Positions 1 through 9,850 of a DNA stretch of 64,000 nucleotides are shown here, piece by piece. Position numbers and translations under genes: made by a program. Origin of the DNA: Euryarchaeota archaeon UBA171 (GTDB taxonomy: Archaea > Thermoplasmatota > Poseidoniia > Poseidoniales > Thalassarchaeaceae); contig DANO01000013.1 of NCBI GenBank assembly GCA_002497295.1, forward strand, positions 2,672 through 66,671, given 5' to 3'. Under the pieces are notes generated by a model. It was not told where the DNA came from and did not search any database. It saw nothing but the letters and a program-made list of their open reading frames with translations. Every line of letters starts with the position of its first letter. The stretch's first letter is position 1.

Positions 1-28
1 ATGCCCCATTCGCCACGAGCGCCATATT

Positions 29-427
29 TCACGATGACTCGGCAATATGAGTTAGTTTCTCGGATATTAGCTCTGAAAGCGATAGCACGGAACCCCTGCA
101 TTCCTTCAATTCATCATCTGAAGCAATAGTTAGGAATCCAGAATCGGTCTTTGCAACTAAAATAGGAGTATTTCCATCAGTGTATGAGATTAAATCATCT
201 GGACGTTCATTTAGATGAACGAGGTGGAAGGGTATGTCGAATTTGTTCCTGAGTTGTTTCATATCCGACTTTTCCCATGCAATTTTGTGGGTTATGTCGC
301 AAAGTGAGCAATGTTGACCCTTGAGTAAGGCTCCTGCGACGTATTTTATCTCTCCAATTAAGCCGCCATCGGCATGATAGACGCCCCATATTGATTCCAC
401 AGGCATACACATCTGTTGTCGATGCAA
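29..427 (-). CDS. hypothetical small protein with a single CxxC pair (HCSLCDITH)
   Basis: 132-aa ORF with an alternative start at M8 (406). It lies directly downstream of rps2 on the same strand. No family recognised. Confidence 0.45.
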   Translation of the reverse strand: MHRQQMCMPVESIWGVYHADGGLIGEIKYVAGALLKGQHCSLCDITHKIAWEKSDMKQLRNKFDIPFHLVHLNERPDDLISYTDGNTPILVAKTDSGFLTIASDDELKECRGSVLSLSELISEKLTHIAESS

Positions 428-454
428 CTTATGGATGGCTGTAAACAGCCGTAA

Positions 455-1072
455 CTAAAATGTCGATTCCCAATCATCAACGTCTTGTGAGCGCTCCCAA
501 TCCGCATAAGTAGCCTCGCCTCGTTGAACGAGCGTTTCTCTGGCGAGCAACCAGTACACCAATGAGAGTGATCTTCGGCCCTTGTTATTTGCTGGCAAGG
601 CAAGATCTACATTCCTCAATGTGTTGTTTGCATCGCATATTCCAATCACGGGTATTCCAGAACTGATTGCCTCGTTGAGTGCTTGTGAATCGGCGGATGG
701 ATCGGTGACCATCAGAACCTCAGGCTCGATGTATGAGCTAAGCCTTGGATTAGTAAGTGTGCCTGGGATGAATCTGCCGACTATTCTCTTAGCGCCTATG
801 GCCTGTGCGAATTTTCGAGCAGGGCGCTGTCCGTACTGGCGTGCACTGACTACGAGTACTCTGGAAGGATCGTATCTGTTGAGAAATGATGCCACTACAC
901 GTATGCGCTCATCGGTCTTCTCTATGTCAATCAGATGGAGGCCTGTACCGTCCTGTCTGTCGGTATCGAGGAAGCGGTTCATGTCAGCAGACTTCTGATT
1001 TGTGCCTATGTGAACCGCATGAGTTCTGTACATGTCGAAGGGTACGAGCGGGGCTACTTGTTCCGTCATCAT
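455..1072 (-). CDS. rps2: 30S ribosomal protein uS2 (archaeal S2/SA type)
   Basis: 205 aa. Conserved uS2 blocks: THAVHIGT, VVSARQYGQRPARKFA, LMVTDPSADSQALNEA, GIPVIGICDANN. Confidence 0.93.
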   Translation of the reverse strand: MMTEQVAPLVPFDMYRTHAVHIGTNQKSADMNRFLDTDRQDGTGLHLIDIEKTDERIRVVASFLNRYDPSRVLVVSARQYGQRPARKFAQAIGAKRIVGRFIPGTLTNPRLSSYIEPEVLMVTDPSADSQALNEAISSGIPVIGICDANNTLRNVDLALPANNKGRRSLSLVYWLLARETLVQRGEATYADWERSQDVDDWESTF

Positions 1073-1146
1073 GATGCCTCGGCAACGCGGCCACCTAACG
1101 GGCGTTCATAAGCGCTCCGTAGACGTATGAGAGAAGAGTTGTACGA

Positions 1147-1755
1147 TTAATCCAGTTCTGACTGGAAAGTACAATCATCAGACTCATGAATTTCAGCGAA
1201 CCTGATACATGGCTTTGTGATAGTAACGAAGACATCAAAATGGTCCTTGGCAGTGAGTTGCTCTATGCCGGGCTCCCACCCATATCCTCTTGCATCTACT
1301 TCTAGAGTCCATGCCCCCTCGCTGAATTCCATGCCAGAATAGTCCCACCTCTCAAGTGGATGATCCTGGGTTACTCGTATCTCCCAGAAAGGATCGCCGC
1401 CTGCTGACTTCGATCCCGGAGCCCAAAGTTTTGCATCGACATATCGAAATAGATTTGTCTCATTTCCTATAAGGCTCTCAAATGTCTCAGAAAGAGGCAT
1501 CTGAGCACGGAAAGATATGGACATACTTTGAACGCTTGGATCTATTTCCATGGTGCTTTCATTGTAATAGTCGGTTGAGTCGAAACCTGTTGATGTGAAT
1601 GTGTGATCAAAACCAATTGATTCTTCTCGGAGTATTGTTTCAGGAGGATCTCGCATGTCCTCCATCATTTCACGTTGGAGCACTAATCCAAGACACCCTG
1701 AGCATGCTCCTGCCGCTAGGATGAGGGTTGTGATCGCCATCGCGGAGGCACGCAT
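1147..1755 (-). CDS. hypothetical secreted protein or lipoprotein
   Basis: 202 aa. N-terminal signal peptide with a lipobox-like LAAGAC. The rest is acidic and has no TM segment. Confidence 0.5.
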   Translation of the reverse strand: MRASAMAITTLILAAGACSGCLGLVLQREMMEDMRDPPETILREESIGFDHTFTSTGFDSTDYYNESTMEIDPSVQSMSISFRAQMPLSETFESLIGNETNLFRYVDAKLWAPGSKSAGGDPFWEIRVTQDHPLERWDYSGMEFSEGAWTLEVDARGYGWEPGIEQLTAKDHFDVFVTITKPCIRFAEIHESDDCTFQSELD

Positions 1756-1926
1756 CGAAGATTGAGAGTTGTCGATTTGATTTCAACGGAGCGGTCATCT
1801 GGGAGGTTTGCTTCCATTCCAAGCATTGAATTGTGCCATCCGAGAGGAAGGGGCGCCTCGATGACGACAAGAGAGTCAACTGAGCTACGGCTTTGACGTG
1901 CCCTGTGAGTACCGAGAGGCGAATGA

Positions 1927-2442
1927 CTACTTTTTCCGAAATATGGTTGATTTTAGGGTCTCATAACGAAAGAGAAGAAGGACGCTGATCGATAGGACGA
2001 TCAGTCCCAATCCGTATGATGTGAAGTAGGATTGCCCCTTGCTTGATTCTGAGTTTTCTGGATCTTTTTCTTCGGACTCATCTTGCGTTTCATTCATTGG
2101 TTGAACGGTTATTTCTCCGACCATTCCAAGCTGTTCATGTGGCTCACAGACAAATTCATAACTACCACTCATACCAATCTCGAACACAAATCTGTAGTCC
2201 ACATTTCTGGAAGGATCGCCACTGTCAAACAATCCATCTGTTGATACTGCATTGTGGGGCAGTAACTCTCCTGACCAGAAGAATCGTACAGCCTGGCCTT
2301 CCTTAATCGTGATATCTGAAGGGCTAAACTGCAAATTTGTGCTATCGACTGTGATAATTACATCGTCATCTTGAGCAATTACAGTTGTGCTGGTTAGTAG
2401 CACTCCGAACGCTGTTACCAAAATCAAAAACCGATATCTCAC
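1927..2442 (-). CDS. blue copper protein (plastocyanin/halocyanin-like cupredoxin), membrane anchored
   Basis: 171 aa. Signal peptide; type-1 Cu ligand pattern (LLPHNAV ... FVCEPHEQLGM); C-terminal hydrophobic anchor LGLIVLSISVLLLF. Confidence 0.8.
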   Translation of the reverse strand: MRYRFLILVTAFGVLLTSTTVIAQDDDVIITVDSTNLQFSPSDITIKEGQAVRFFWSGELLPHNAVSTDGLFDSGDPSRNVDYRFVFEIGMSGSYEFVCEPHEQLGMVGEITVQPMNETQDESEEKDPENSESSKGQSYFTSYGLGLIVLSISVLLLFRYETLKSTIFRKK

Positions 2443-2477
2443 GATTCAAGGCAAGGATACTATCACTTAGTTTGATG

Positions 2478-3173
2478 TTATTCTTCTTCATCGATCTTTC
2501 GAGGTTCGTGTACTTCACGGAATACCACTACTCCGACACCGAGATGTTCCCTAAGTGTCCTAACCAAACTGAACTTCGCATATGGCCAGTTTTGGTCGTA
2601 TGCGATGGATTCAGGCAACGTGATTGTTACATCGTCCTTCTCAAATTTGACCTCAAAGTCATCTTTGCCTGTATTCATCTCAAGTAGGGTCTGGACTCTC
2701 GCCTTCTTCTGCTTCACAACTTTGACGATTGAATATGTATATCGAAGTTTGACTCCCGCGAGAGGATGGTTGTAGTCAATTCGTGCACGACCGGCGCGGG
2801 CCATCTGTAGAACTCCCGATCTTCCATTGATTTCGACTTGTGAGCCTATGGCCAGAGTATCTGGGTCACGGACACTTCGCATCAAGACATTCATCCCGAC
2901 TGTCTCAACAAGATTGCCATCACGATCCCCATAAGCATCCTCTGGTTCAATATCAAAGGTGTATTCTTCTTTCTCCTTTGCACTCTCAAGATGCTCTTCG
3001 AATCCTTTGATGAGCCTGCCATCCCCGATGACGGTGATCATTGGTTTGTAAGTTCGACGCTCATCGTGTATTTCATGCTCCTTGGCGACATCTTCTCTTG
3101 TGGTCTCTAGCAGTGATTCAGTATCTGCATTGTATAGATCGTAATCGATGTGAACGATGGTTCCCTTCTTCAT
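2478..3173 (-). CDS. FKBP-type peptidyl-prolyl cis-trans isomerase (long archaeal SlyD-like form)
   Basis: MKKGTIVHIDYDLY..., VIGDGRLIKGFEEHL and EPEDAYGDRD are typical FKBP/IF-domain blocks. The ORF could extend to 3218; ATG 3173 gives the canonical N-terminus. Confidence 0.85.
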   Translation of the reverse strand: MKKGTIVHIDYDLYNADTESLLETTREDVAKEHEIHDERRTYKPMITVIGDGRLIKGFEEHLESAKEKEEYTFDIEPEDAYGDRDGNLVETVGMNVLMRSVRDPDTLAIGSQVEINGRSGVLQMARAGRARIDYNHPLAGVKLRYTYSIVKVVKQKKARVQTLLEMNTGKDDFEVKFEKDDVTITLPESIAYDQNWPYAKFSLVRTLREHLGVGVVVFREVHEPRKIDEEE

Positions 3174-3218
3174 TCTGGGCCCTCCAGTGGGCCCGGCGAC
3201 CTGCTGGTCCCTTTTCAT

Positions 3219-5624
3219 TCAGTCGGTTGATGGGGTCCGTCTCAAATCGTGACTTGATAGGGCTAGAGACCCTCCGATGAGCAATAAAATCCAACCAACC
3301 CAGACCATATGACTCCCTTGTAAGTCGTATACAGTTACCCCCACTCGATCAATATTCTCGATTTCTCCAAACATTAGCTCGTTTAGTGCTCTGCTAGCCT
3401 GTGCAACGTCAAGTATGAACATCAAATCACCCTGAACCTGTGAGATTCGATCGACTTCAGATCTTGTGAGGATTTCTCCGGAAGGGGTATCAAATCGTAA
3501 TATCCCGGGCCTTGCTGACTCGATATAATTGCCATCCGCATCATGAATCTCTATCTGAAACTCCACGAATCCATCAGCGATTGAGTACTCATATGCTGAA
3601 TCTTCAGAATCTATGGCGTTTACTCCTGTGAATGTAAGGATGTAGCCTGCATGGTCTACAGGTTGGTCTCGAACTAAAGTTACCAAATGAGAAGGGTCTG
3701 TTCTATCAACTAAAGTAGTTGTCAGTACGTGTCCAAGAAGCAAAATCAATATCCCCACATGAGCTATGCTGGAACCCACTTTACGTCGATTTGGAATGCT
3801 CCACTTAGCGGGGTAAAAACGCTCACTAGAAGAGATAGATGTACGTATTGACTTCCACATCTCAATCAAAGTAGGGGGCAATGCGATCACCAAACAGGCC
3901 AGTATAGTACCAGCAACTTGTCCTCTTGTAAGGCTCTCAGTGAAATTCCGGTCAGGATCTCCCGGTAGACTGAGGCCATTTGCCATAGCACCTATTGCTA
4001 GCGAGATTGTCAGCGTCCCAATCACCGCGAATACGCCTACCCTGCCGTCGTTACCCTTGCCCCACGAATATACCGTGAGTGAAAGTGCAAGAATGATTAA
4101 AATTGGAGCACCGAATACCTCATGCGCCTCAAGACTTGTCCCATCTATTTCTGCTGTAAGCAGCATCCAAGTTAAACCAAGATATGCTATTGCACCAAAC
4201 CATGGAGATGCTCTAGAAATTCGATTTTGATTTCTGGGATTGAAAATGGGTTCCAGCAAAGATTCAGGTTCATCGTCAGGAGGAGCCAGTACCCATGGCA
4301 CTAGGAAAGTTGCCATCCCTGAAACTGCCAGAGGGAGAGATGCTGCCCATGACCAACTTGCAAATAGATACAGTGCAACGCCAGAAAAAATCCATACGAT
4401 AGAAATTTCTTCTGAGTCGCCCTCTACAATGAGGATCATAAGAGCAAGGCCAACTACCAACACAAGTGTTGATCCAGTCAATGCTCCGATGATTAATGTG
4501 GCAATAAGTAAACTGGCGGTCAATGTGGGGGATTGCTTCCTCAGTGAAATCCTGCCCATCTTCTGAAGCGTCCTTGATTGTACTTTGAGAAGATGCCAGA
4601 TCAGAGCTAATCCAAGCACCATGGTCATGATTAGGTATGTTATGACTTCTATGCCAGCAGCACCCTCTCCAGCTAGAGAAATTATCCTCAGATAAGGGTC
4701 CGAGGATTCCGACCCCGCACCATCTGCCGCAAAAGAATGCACTGAGGACCAAACGCCGTTTGCACGTGTGACAAGTGTAGAGTGGATTGCGAGCGCGCCG
4801 ACCCCTATCATAACTGCAGGGCTGGCTTTGCGTGCCTTTACAGAAGTCTGACTTCGAGCGTGGAGAACGGCAACCAAGCATACCCAAGGCAAGAAAGACG
4901 CTGTTTCAACAGGGTCCCATGCCCAATAGCCCCCCCAATCGAGCACCGTATATGCCCACAAACCTCCAAGACCGATGCCTGCAGTTCCAACTACGAATGC
5001 TGCCCTGGCCCATGGGAGAATTTCATCATGTAGGGAGAGCTCATCGCGATCTTCCAACAATCCTGAAACAGACATGATTGCAGGGATCAGGCACAAGGTG
5101 TAGAATGCAAAGATAATTGGCGGGTGTATTACCATCAGATCAGTCTGAAGTAGTGGATTGAGATAGTTGCTAAAACCTGAGGAAGGGGCAAATGGATCTA
5201 GAAGCATGGAAATGCAAAGTAGGATCCCATTTAGACCGACTACCATTCTCAAAGAATTTTGTTCATTAGGACTTGTTTTAGACAGGATTAGTGAACCCAT
5301 GGCCAACCATGTACACCACATCAAGAGTGGTCCAGAGCGTCCGCCCCACACTGCAGATATTCTGTAAAGAATGGGGAGTTCTTCGCCACCGAATCTCGAT
5401 ACCAGGTCGAGAGAATCCCAGTTCCATATGAATGCAATAACCATCAGAGTGAATGGCAGTGACTGAATAGTGACCAGAACAGACAAGGGTAAGCGCCTAG
5501 ATATCTTCGATGATGAAGCCCAAATCAGCGATATTATTGACGCTGTCAGAAGTATCAAACGCCCAGATAAAGGAAGCACGTGCTTACCATCCGTAGTACT
5601 TGGCCCTACTATATCCAAAAGCAA
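3219..5624 (-). CDS. ccmF: cytochrome c-type biogenesis protein CcmF-like (heme lyase, System I)
   Basis: 801-aa polytopic protein. It has the WWD motif LWAYTVLDWGGYWAWDPVETASFLPW and an upstream WGGRSGPLLMW. The listed start is TTG 5624, which overlaps the upstream gene by 41 nt; GTG 5579 would remove the overlap. Confidence 0.8.
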   Translation of the reverse strand: MLLDIVGPSTTDGKHVLPLSGRLILLTASIISLIWASSSKISRRLPLSVLVTIQSLPFTLMVIAFIWNWDSLDLVSRFGGEELPILYRISAVWGGRSGPLLMWCTWLAMGSLILSKTSPNEQNSLRMVVGLNGILLCISMLLDPFAPSSGFSNYLNPLLQTDLMVIHPPIIFAFYTLCLIPAIMSVSGLLEDRDELSLHDEILPWARAAFVVGTAGIGLGGLWAYTVLDWGGYWAWDPVETASFLPWVCLVAVLHARSQTSVKARKASPAVMIGVGALAIHSTLVTRANGVWSSVHSFAADGAGSESSDPYLRIISLAGEGAAGIEVITYLIMTMVLGLALIWHLLKVQSRTLQKMGRISLRKQSPTLTASLLIATLIIGALTGSTLVLVVGLALMILIVEGDSEEISIVWIFSGVALYLFASWSWAASLPLAVSGMATFLVPWVLAPPDDEPESLLEPIFNPRNQNRISRASPWFGAIAYLGLTWMLLTAEIDGTSLEAHEVFGAPILIILALSLTVYSWGKGNDGRVGVFAVIGTLTISLAIGAMANGLSLPGDPDRNFTESLTRGQVAGTILACLVIALPPTLIEMWKSIRTSISSSERFYPAKWSIPNRRKVGSSIAHVGILILLLGHVLTTTLVDRTDPSHLVTLVRDQPVDHAGYILTFTGVNAIDSEDSAYEYSIADGFVEFQIEIHDADGNYIESARPGILRFDTPSGEILTRSEVDRISQVQGDLMFILDVAQASRALNELMFGEIENIDRVGVTVYDLQGSHMVWVGWILLLIGGSLALSSHDLRRTPSTD

Positions 5625-6828
5625 GCATCGCAGACACTATTCTCTTGGAATAAAGAGATGGTTTCCTAAACAGTACTCGAAGTGCGACCATCGCCTTTCC
5701 TGATGCGCCCATATCGGACATCTCATCGGGGAAGCAAGTAGCCATCAGAGACATCTCTTCATCGGACAATTGGAAGAGTGCATTCTTCCCCCTTAGAATT
5801 TTATCATACGGGGGGAACTCTGCCTTCCATGTGCGTGTGTAGGCAGACATCATTTCAGAACTCAGATCCGACTTAGATATCGCCATCGCAGCGGTTTGGG
5901 CTGCGAAAACAGCAGATTTCAGAGCAAGATGCGAGCCGCCTTCGAATAGAGGAGAAGTGAATCCAGCGGCATCGCCGACAAGCATCAAACCATCATAATG
6001 AGTATTTTCGAATGGTCCGGAGATAGGTATGGTGCCACCAAAAGCAGGATTGCCCTTCTCTTTCCAAGGAGGTAGTTTTTGTTCGAGACCCTTGAAATGA
6101 GTATCTTCGATGAACTCGTCCAAAGCCTTCTTGGCTCTCGGTCTGTCTTCAGTCACAAGACCGACATTGGCTCTTCCATCGCATTTTGGGATCATCCAAA
6201 GATACCCTTTCTCAGCATATTTTGGCCAAATGTAGAAGTCTAGATACCCATCTGTGGGGACGTTTGTTAGCTCATACTGCATGCCAGCAACGACCTTTCC
6301 TTTATCGTTCAGAGGATTACTTCCATCGGGCTTGATGAATCTTGAGCACACAGCAGACACTCCGGATGCGTCGATAACTATCTTAGCCGATATCGGGAAC
6401 CTGTCTCCCTTACCATCGCATTTCCATCCCTTGAATTCGCCATCCTGCTCGATTCTCTCCATGGAGGTGAGTTTGTGCTTTAGAGCGAGTTCTGCACCTT
6501 CTTCAACAGCAGATTGCGCGATCCATTGCTCAAAGAGATGCTTCTCTAATACGTATCCAGTCTCTGTGAGTTGTTTCTCAGTTCCATCAGGAAAAATCAC
6601 CCTTATCCCATTAACCCTCTTGCTAATTACTTCCTCGGGTAATTGAAGATTCAAATTGGCTACAGCTTCATCCGAAATACATTCTCCGCAGTGGACCGGA
6701 GTTCCTATTTCGGAGTGATCTTCGATAATGAGAGTACTGAGGCCTTTTCTCGCACATTGTAGTGCTGCATTTCCCCCTCCAGGGCCTGCGCCCACGATCA
6801 ATACGTCAACGTCGATAGCGTCCGACAC
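5584..6828 (-). CDS. geranylgeranyl reductase family FAD-dependent oxidoreductase
   Basis: DVDVLIVGAGPGGGNAALQCARKG and TPVHCGECIS are GGR hallmarks. The listed ORF runs on to 7119, but that extension is low complexity and overlaps ubiD. An in-frame GTG at 6828 lies 6 codons before the GxGxxG motif. Confidence 0.8.
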   Translation of the reverse strand: MSDAIDVDVLIVGAGPGGGNAALQCARKGLSTLIIEDHSEIGTPVHCGECISDEAVANLNLQLPEEVISKRVNGIRVIFPDGTEKQLTETGYVLEKHLFEQWIAQSAVEEGAELALKHKLTSMERIEQDGEFKGWKCDGKGDRFPISAKIVIDASGVSAVCSRFIKPDGSNPLNDKGKVVAGMQYELTNVPTDGYLDFYIWPKYAEKGYLWMIPKCDGRANVGLVTEDRPRAKKALDEFIEDTHFKGLEQKLPPWKEKGNPAFGGTIPISGPFENTHYDGLMLVGDAAGFTSPLFEGGSHLALKSAVFAAQTAAMAISKSDLSSEMMSAYTRTWKAEFPPYDKILRGKNALFQLSDEEMSLMATCFPDEMSDMGASGKAMVALRVLFRKPSLYSKRIVSAMLAFGYSRAKYYGW

Positions 6829-6916
6829 GGGCCTTGGAGTAAGCGATGTGAAAAAAATCCAGCGGTCATACGGGAGAAAAGCGAACCTTCTCAACGGGGA
6901 GTCGCGAGTGTGAGTC

Positions 6917-8878
6917 GTGGCGTGGACGAATCTGGGTCGGTACATCGACTCGCTAGAGCGTGATGGTGAGCTACTACGGATCACCCGAGAAGTGGATGTT
7001 GAGCTTGAAGCAGGCACCATTGCGGATCTTCTAGTGAAAACCGGAGGGCCTGCAGTGATATTCGAGAAACCAAGACTCCCGGATGGTACCATTTCAGATA
7101 TTCCTCTTGCTATGAACATATTTGGGAGTCACTCTAGGACTATGAAGGCACTTGGAGCAAAGGGTAAGGATGAGATTGGAAATCGACTAGTTTCCCTGAT
7201 GAAACCTGACATAGGAGCTTACCTGAAGGCTCCATGGAAAGGGATACCTCTGCTAAGAGATGCTCTTGCATTGCCCCCCATGGTGGTAAGAAGGCCGGCA
7301 TCTCAACAGATCGTCGATCTTGAGCCGGATGTTACGCGTCTCCCAATACCCAAGTGTTGGCCCATGGACGGCGGTCGTTACATTACTCTGCCTCTTGTCA
7401 TAACTCGAGACCCTAAAACTCAGGAGCATAATATGGGAATGTACAGGGGGCAAGTGCACGGACCGAGAGAAATCGGCCTCCATTGGCAAGTTCACAAACA
7501 CGGTGCTGACCACGCATCTGGACATCCTGACGGGAAGATGCCTGTCGCAATATGCATTGGAGGGCCGCCCGAGTTGATTTTCTCGGCCATAGCCCCCCTT
7601 CCTGACAATCTTGATGAGTACATGTTTGCGGGCTTCCTTGGTCGTAAGCGTCTACGAATAGCAAAAGCCAAAACTCAGAATTTGCTAATTCCAGCCGAGG
7701 CAGACATAGTCATAGAAGGTTGGACAGACCCTAACGAAACCAAGATTGAGGGGCCCTTCGGCGACCACTATGGTTTCTATTCGCTGCAGGGGAATTATCC
7801 TGTTCTCCATGTAACAGCGATAACTCATAGGCGGAATGCCATTCTGCCAGCTACAATAGTTGGCCAGCCGCCTATGGAAGATGGTTATCTCGGAGAGGCA
7901 GTGGGTGCTCAGCTTACACCAGTAGTGAGATTCCAACACAGGGATCTTCGTTCCCTATATCTACCTCTGGAGACTGGTTTCCATAACCTTGCTATCGTTT
8001 CAGCTAAACAGCGATACCCTAGACAGGGTCGAAAGACTGCACTGGGCCTTCTGGGAGCAGGTCAAATGATGCTGATGAAGACAGTCATGGTCATTGATGA
8101 AGATGAAGACCCTCATGATTTGGAAGTATTCCTTGATGCATTGAATAACAGGGTGAATCCCTCTGAAGACATCATCGTGATCGAGGGTCTACCAGGGGAT
8201 TCACTTGACCCCGTAAATCCTTTTGAGAATGTACAATCAAAGATTCTGGTGGATGCGACGTCGATACCTGCAAACGATCCAAGAAATGGTGAAAAATCAC
8301 CTCTCGGCTCTCCCGTGATGCGATCTCCTGAGTGGAGAGTAGCGGGTACTGGCGCTCCAGGTGTACCTGATGACTTCGATCAATTGGTTGTGAAGGAAGG
8401 CATTGCAGTCCAGGCTCGTTTACTTAGAAGCTCCATGCTTGTCGTTACCGTGGAAATCGAAGGAGGACCTGGTCCCAGAGAAGGTATGGAGAACCCCCAT
8501 GAAGAGCTGGCACTACTTCAGAGGGAGAAGGTACGCAAAGTTGCAGAAACGATATGGGGCATGCAAGGCGCCCAGAACCTTCGCTGGCTCTTCATAACCG
8601 ACAATGACCTAGACTTGCACAACAGCGGTGCTAAACGTAGACTTCTTTGGCAGTTATTCGCACGATTTGACGTTGATAGGGGCTTACATTGGGACAAAGA
8701 TAGAGAGAGAGTCGCATGGGATGCCACTGCACCTATTCCATCTGCAGAAGCCCCAATTCCTGCTCGTCGGTGGCCTGCTGTAACTCTTCATGACCCTAAA
8801 ATTCTTGAGCGAGTGAGTAAACATGCGGAAGAGGATGGGCTTCACGAATGGGAATGGCCTTCCAACATACTGATGTGA
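6917..8878 (+). CDS. ubiD: UbiD-family (prenyl-FMN dependent) decarboxylase with an extended C-terminus
   Basis: 653 aa with a GTG start. UbiD blocks: WPMDGGRYITLPLVITRDP, NMGMYR, GPFGDHYGFY, ILVDATS. About 200 aa follow the DAT block, longer than I remember for E. coli UbiD. Confidence 0.85.
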   Translation: MAWTNLGRYIDSLERDGELLRITREVDVELEAGTIADLLVKTGGPAVIFEKPRLPDGTISDIPLAMNIFGSHSRTMKALGAKGKDEIGNRLVSLMKPDIGAYLKAPWKGIPLLRDALALPPMVVRRPASQQIVDLEPDVTRLPIPKCWPMDGGRYITLPLVITRDPKTQEHNMGMYRGQVHGPREIGLHWQVHKHGADHASGHPDGKMPVAICIGGPPELIFSAIAPLPDNLDEYMFAGFLGRKRLRIAKAKTQNLLIPAEADIVIEGWTDPNETKIEGPFGDHYGFYSLQGNYPVLHVTAITHRRNAILPATIVGQPPMEDGYLGEAVGAQLTPVVRFQHRDLRSLYLPLETGFHNLAIVSAKQRYPRQGRKTALGLLGAGQMMLMKTVMVIDEDEDPHDLEVFLDALNNRVNPSEDIIVIEGLPGDSLDPVNPFENVQSKILVDATSIPANDPRNGEKSPLGSPVMRSPEWRVAGTGAPGVPDDFDQLVVKEGIAVQARLLRSSMLVVTVEIEGGPGPREGMENPHEELALLQREKVRKVAETIWGMQGAQNLRWLFITDNDLDLHNSGAKRRLLWQLFARFDVDRGLHWDKDRERVAWDATAPIPSAEAPIPARRWPAVTLHDPKILERVSKHAEEDGLHEWEWPSNILM

Positions 8879-8892
8879 ATGGAGGAATTTTC

Positions 8893-9840
8893 ATGGAAAT
8901 GAAAGATATCCTAGATTTTGTCAAAATAGAACACACTCTTTTTTCCCTACCATTCGTTCTAATGGGATTCGTACTTGCAGATCGTCAATTCGGTACAGAA
9001 AGCACAGATTTGCTTTGGATAATAGTTGCAGCAATAGGTGCAAGGGGACTTGCAATGGCACTCAACAGAGTAGTAGACAAGGAAATAGACGCGAATAATC
9101 CCCGCACCGCTTCCAGGCACCTACCTTCTGGTAAGATGACTACCATGGAAGCATGGGCACTCTCGGGATTGTTCTTGGTTATGCTGCTCTTTTCTGCATG
9201 GAAGCTTAATGAAGTGGCCTTGAAGATGGCTTGGTTGCCAGTCCTTGCATTCGTCATATATCCCTACACCAAGAGGTTCTCGTGGCTGTGTCATTTCTGG
9301 ATAGGACTCTGTCTTGCCCTTGCTCCGGCAGGCGCATGGGTTGCAATATCAGCAGATGTCCACGGATGGGCGGCAATAACGGGAATTGTTCCACACGCGG
9401 GAGGAGGACGCGTTCTTCTCTGGTACCCTGAAATATTCTTCATATCATTCGGAGTAGCATTGTGGATCACTGCGTTCGATATCAACTACGCCCGCATGGA
9501 TGTAGAAGTAGATCGTAAGCAAGGAATCAAATCATTTCCTGCTCGTTTTGGAACTGAAGCAACCAGCAAACTGAGTGTGCTTCTTACATTGGGGTGGTGT
9601 GTCTGTTTCTGCCTCACGGGTCTTCAAGGGTTTGGTGATCCCAGGGATTACCGATATTTTCTTTGGATTCCTGCAGTCATCATAATGAGTATTTTGAATA
9701 TCTACGTGATGACTAAAGAGGTGAAAAATTCTGATCGAACGGAGATTGAAATGGAGAGGTTTCAACAAAATTTGTTCAAGTGTTCGATGCTCACGGGTTG
9801 GGTTTTACTTGGAAGTCTGTTGATTATGTGGGACCAATAA
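8893..9840 (+). CDS. ubiA: UbiA-family aromatic prenyltransferase (4-hydroxybenzoate polyprenyltransferase-like)
   Basis: NRVVDKEIDANNPRTASRHLPSGK (NxxxDxxxD) plus a second Asp-rich block FDINYARMDVEVD; polytopic. ATG 8893 is preceded by GGAGGA and follows the ubiD stop at 8878. Confidence 0.85.
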   Translation: MEMKDILDFVKIEHTLFSLPFVLMGFVLADRQFGTESTDLLWIIVAAIGARGLAMALNRVVDKEIDANNPRTASRHLPSGKMTTMEAWALSGLFLVMLLFSAWKLNEVALKMAWLPVLAFVIYPYTKRFSWLCHFWIGLCLALAPAGAWVAISADVHGWAAITGIVPHAGGGRVLLWYPEIFFISFGVALWITAFDINYARMDVEVDRKQGIKSFPARFGTEATSKLSVLLTLGWCVCFCLTGLQGFGDPRDYRYFLWIPAVIIMSILNIYVMTKEVKNSDRTEIEMERFQQNLFKCSMLTGWVLLGSLLIMWDQ

Positions 9841-9850
9841 ATGAGGTGGT

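Noticed and set aside
6829-7119. N-terminal 97-codon extension of the GGR ORF
   Set aside because: It is Ser/Pro/Arg-rich and low complexity, and it overlaps the ubiD start on the opposite strand. GGR homologs start a few residues before the GxGxxG motif.
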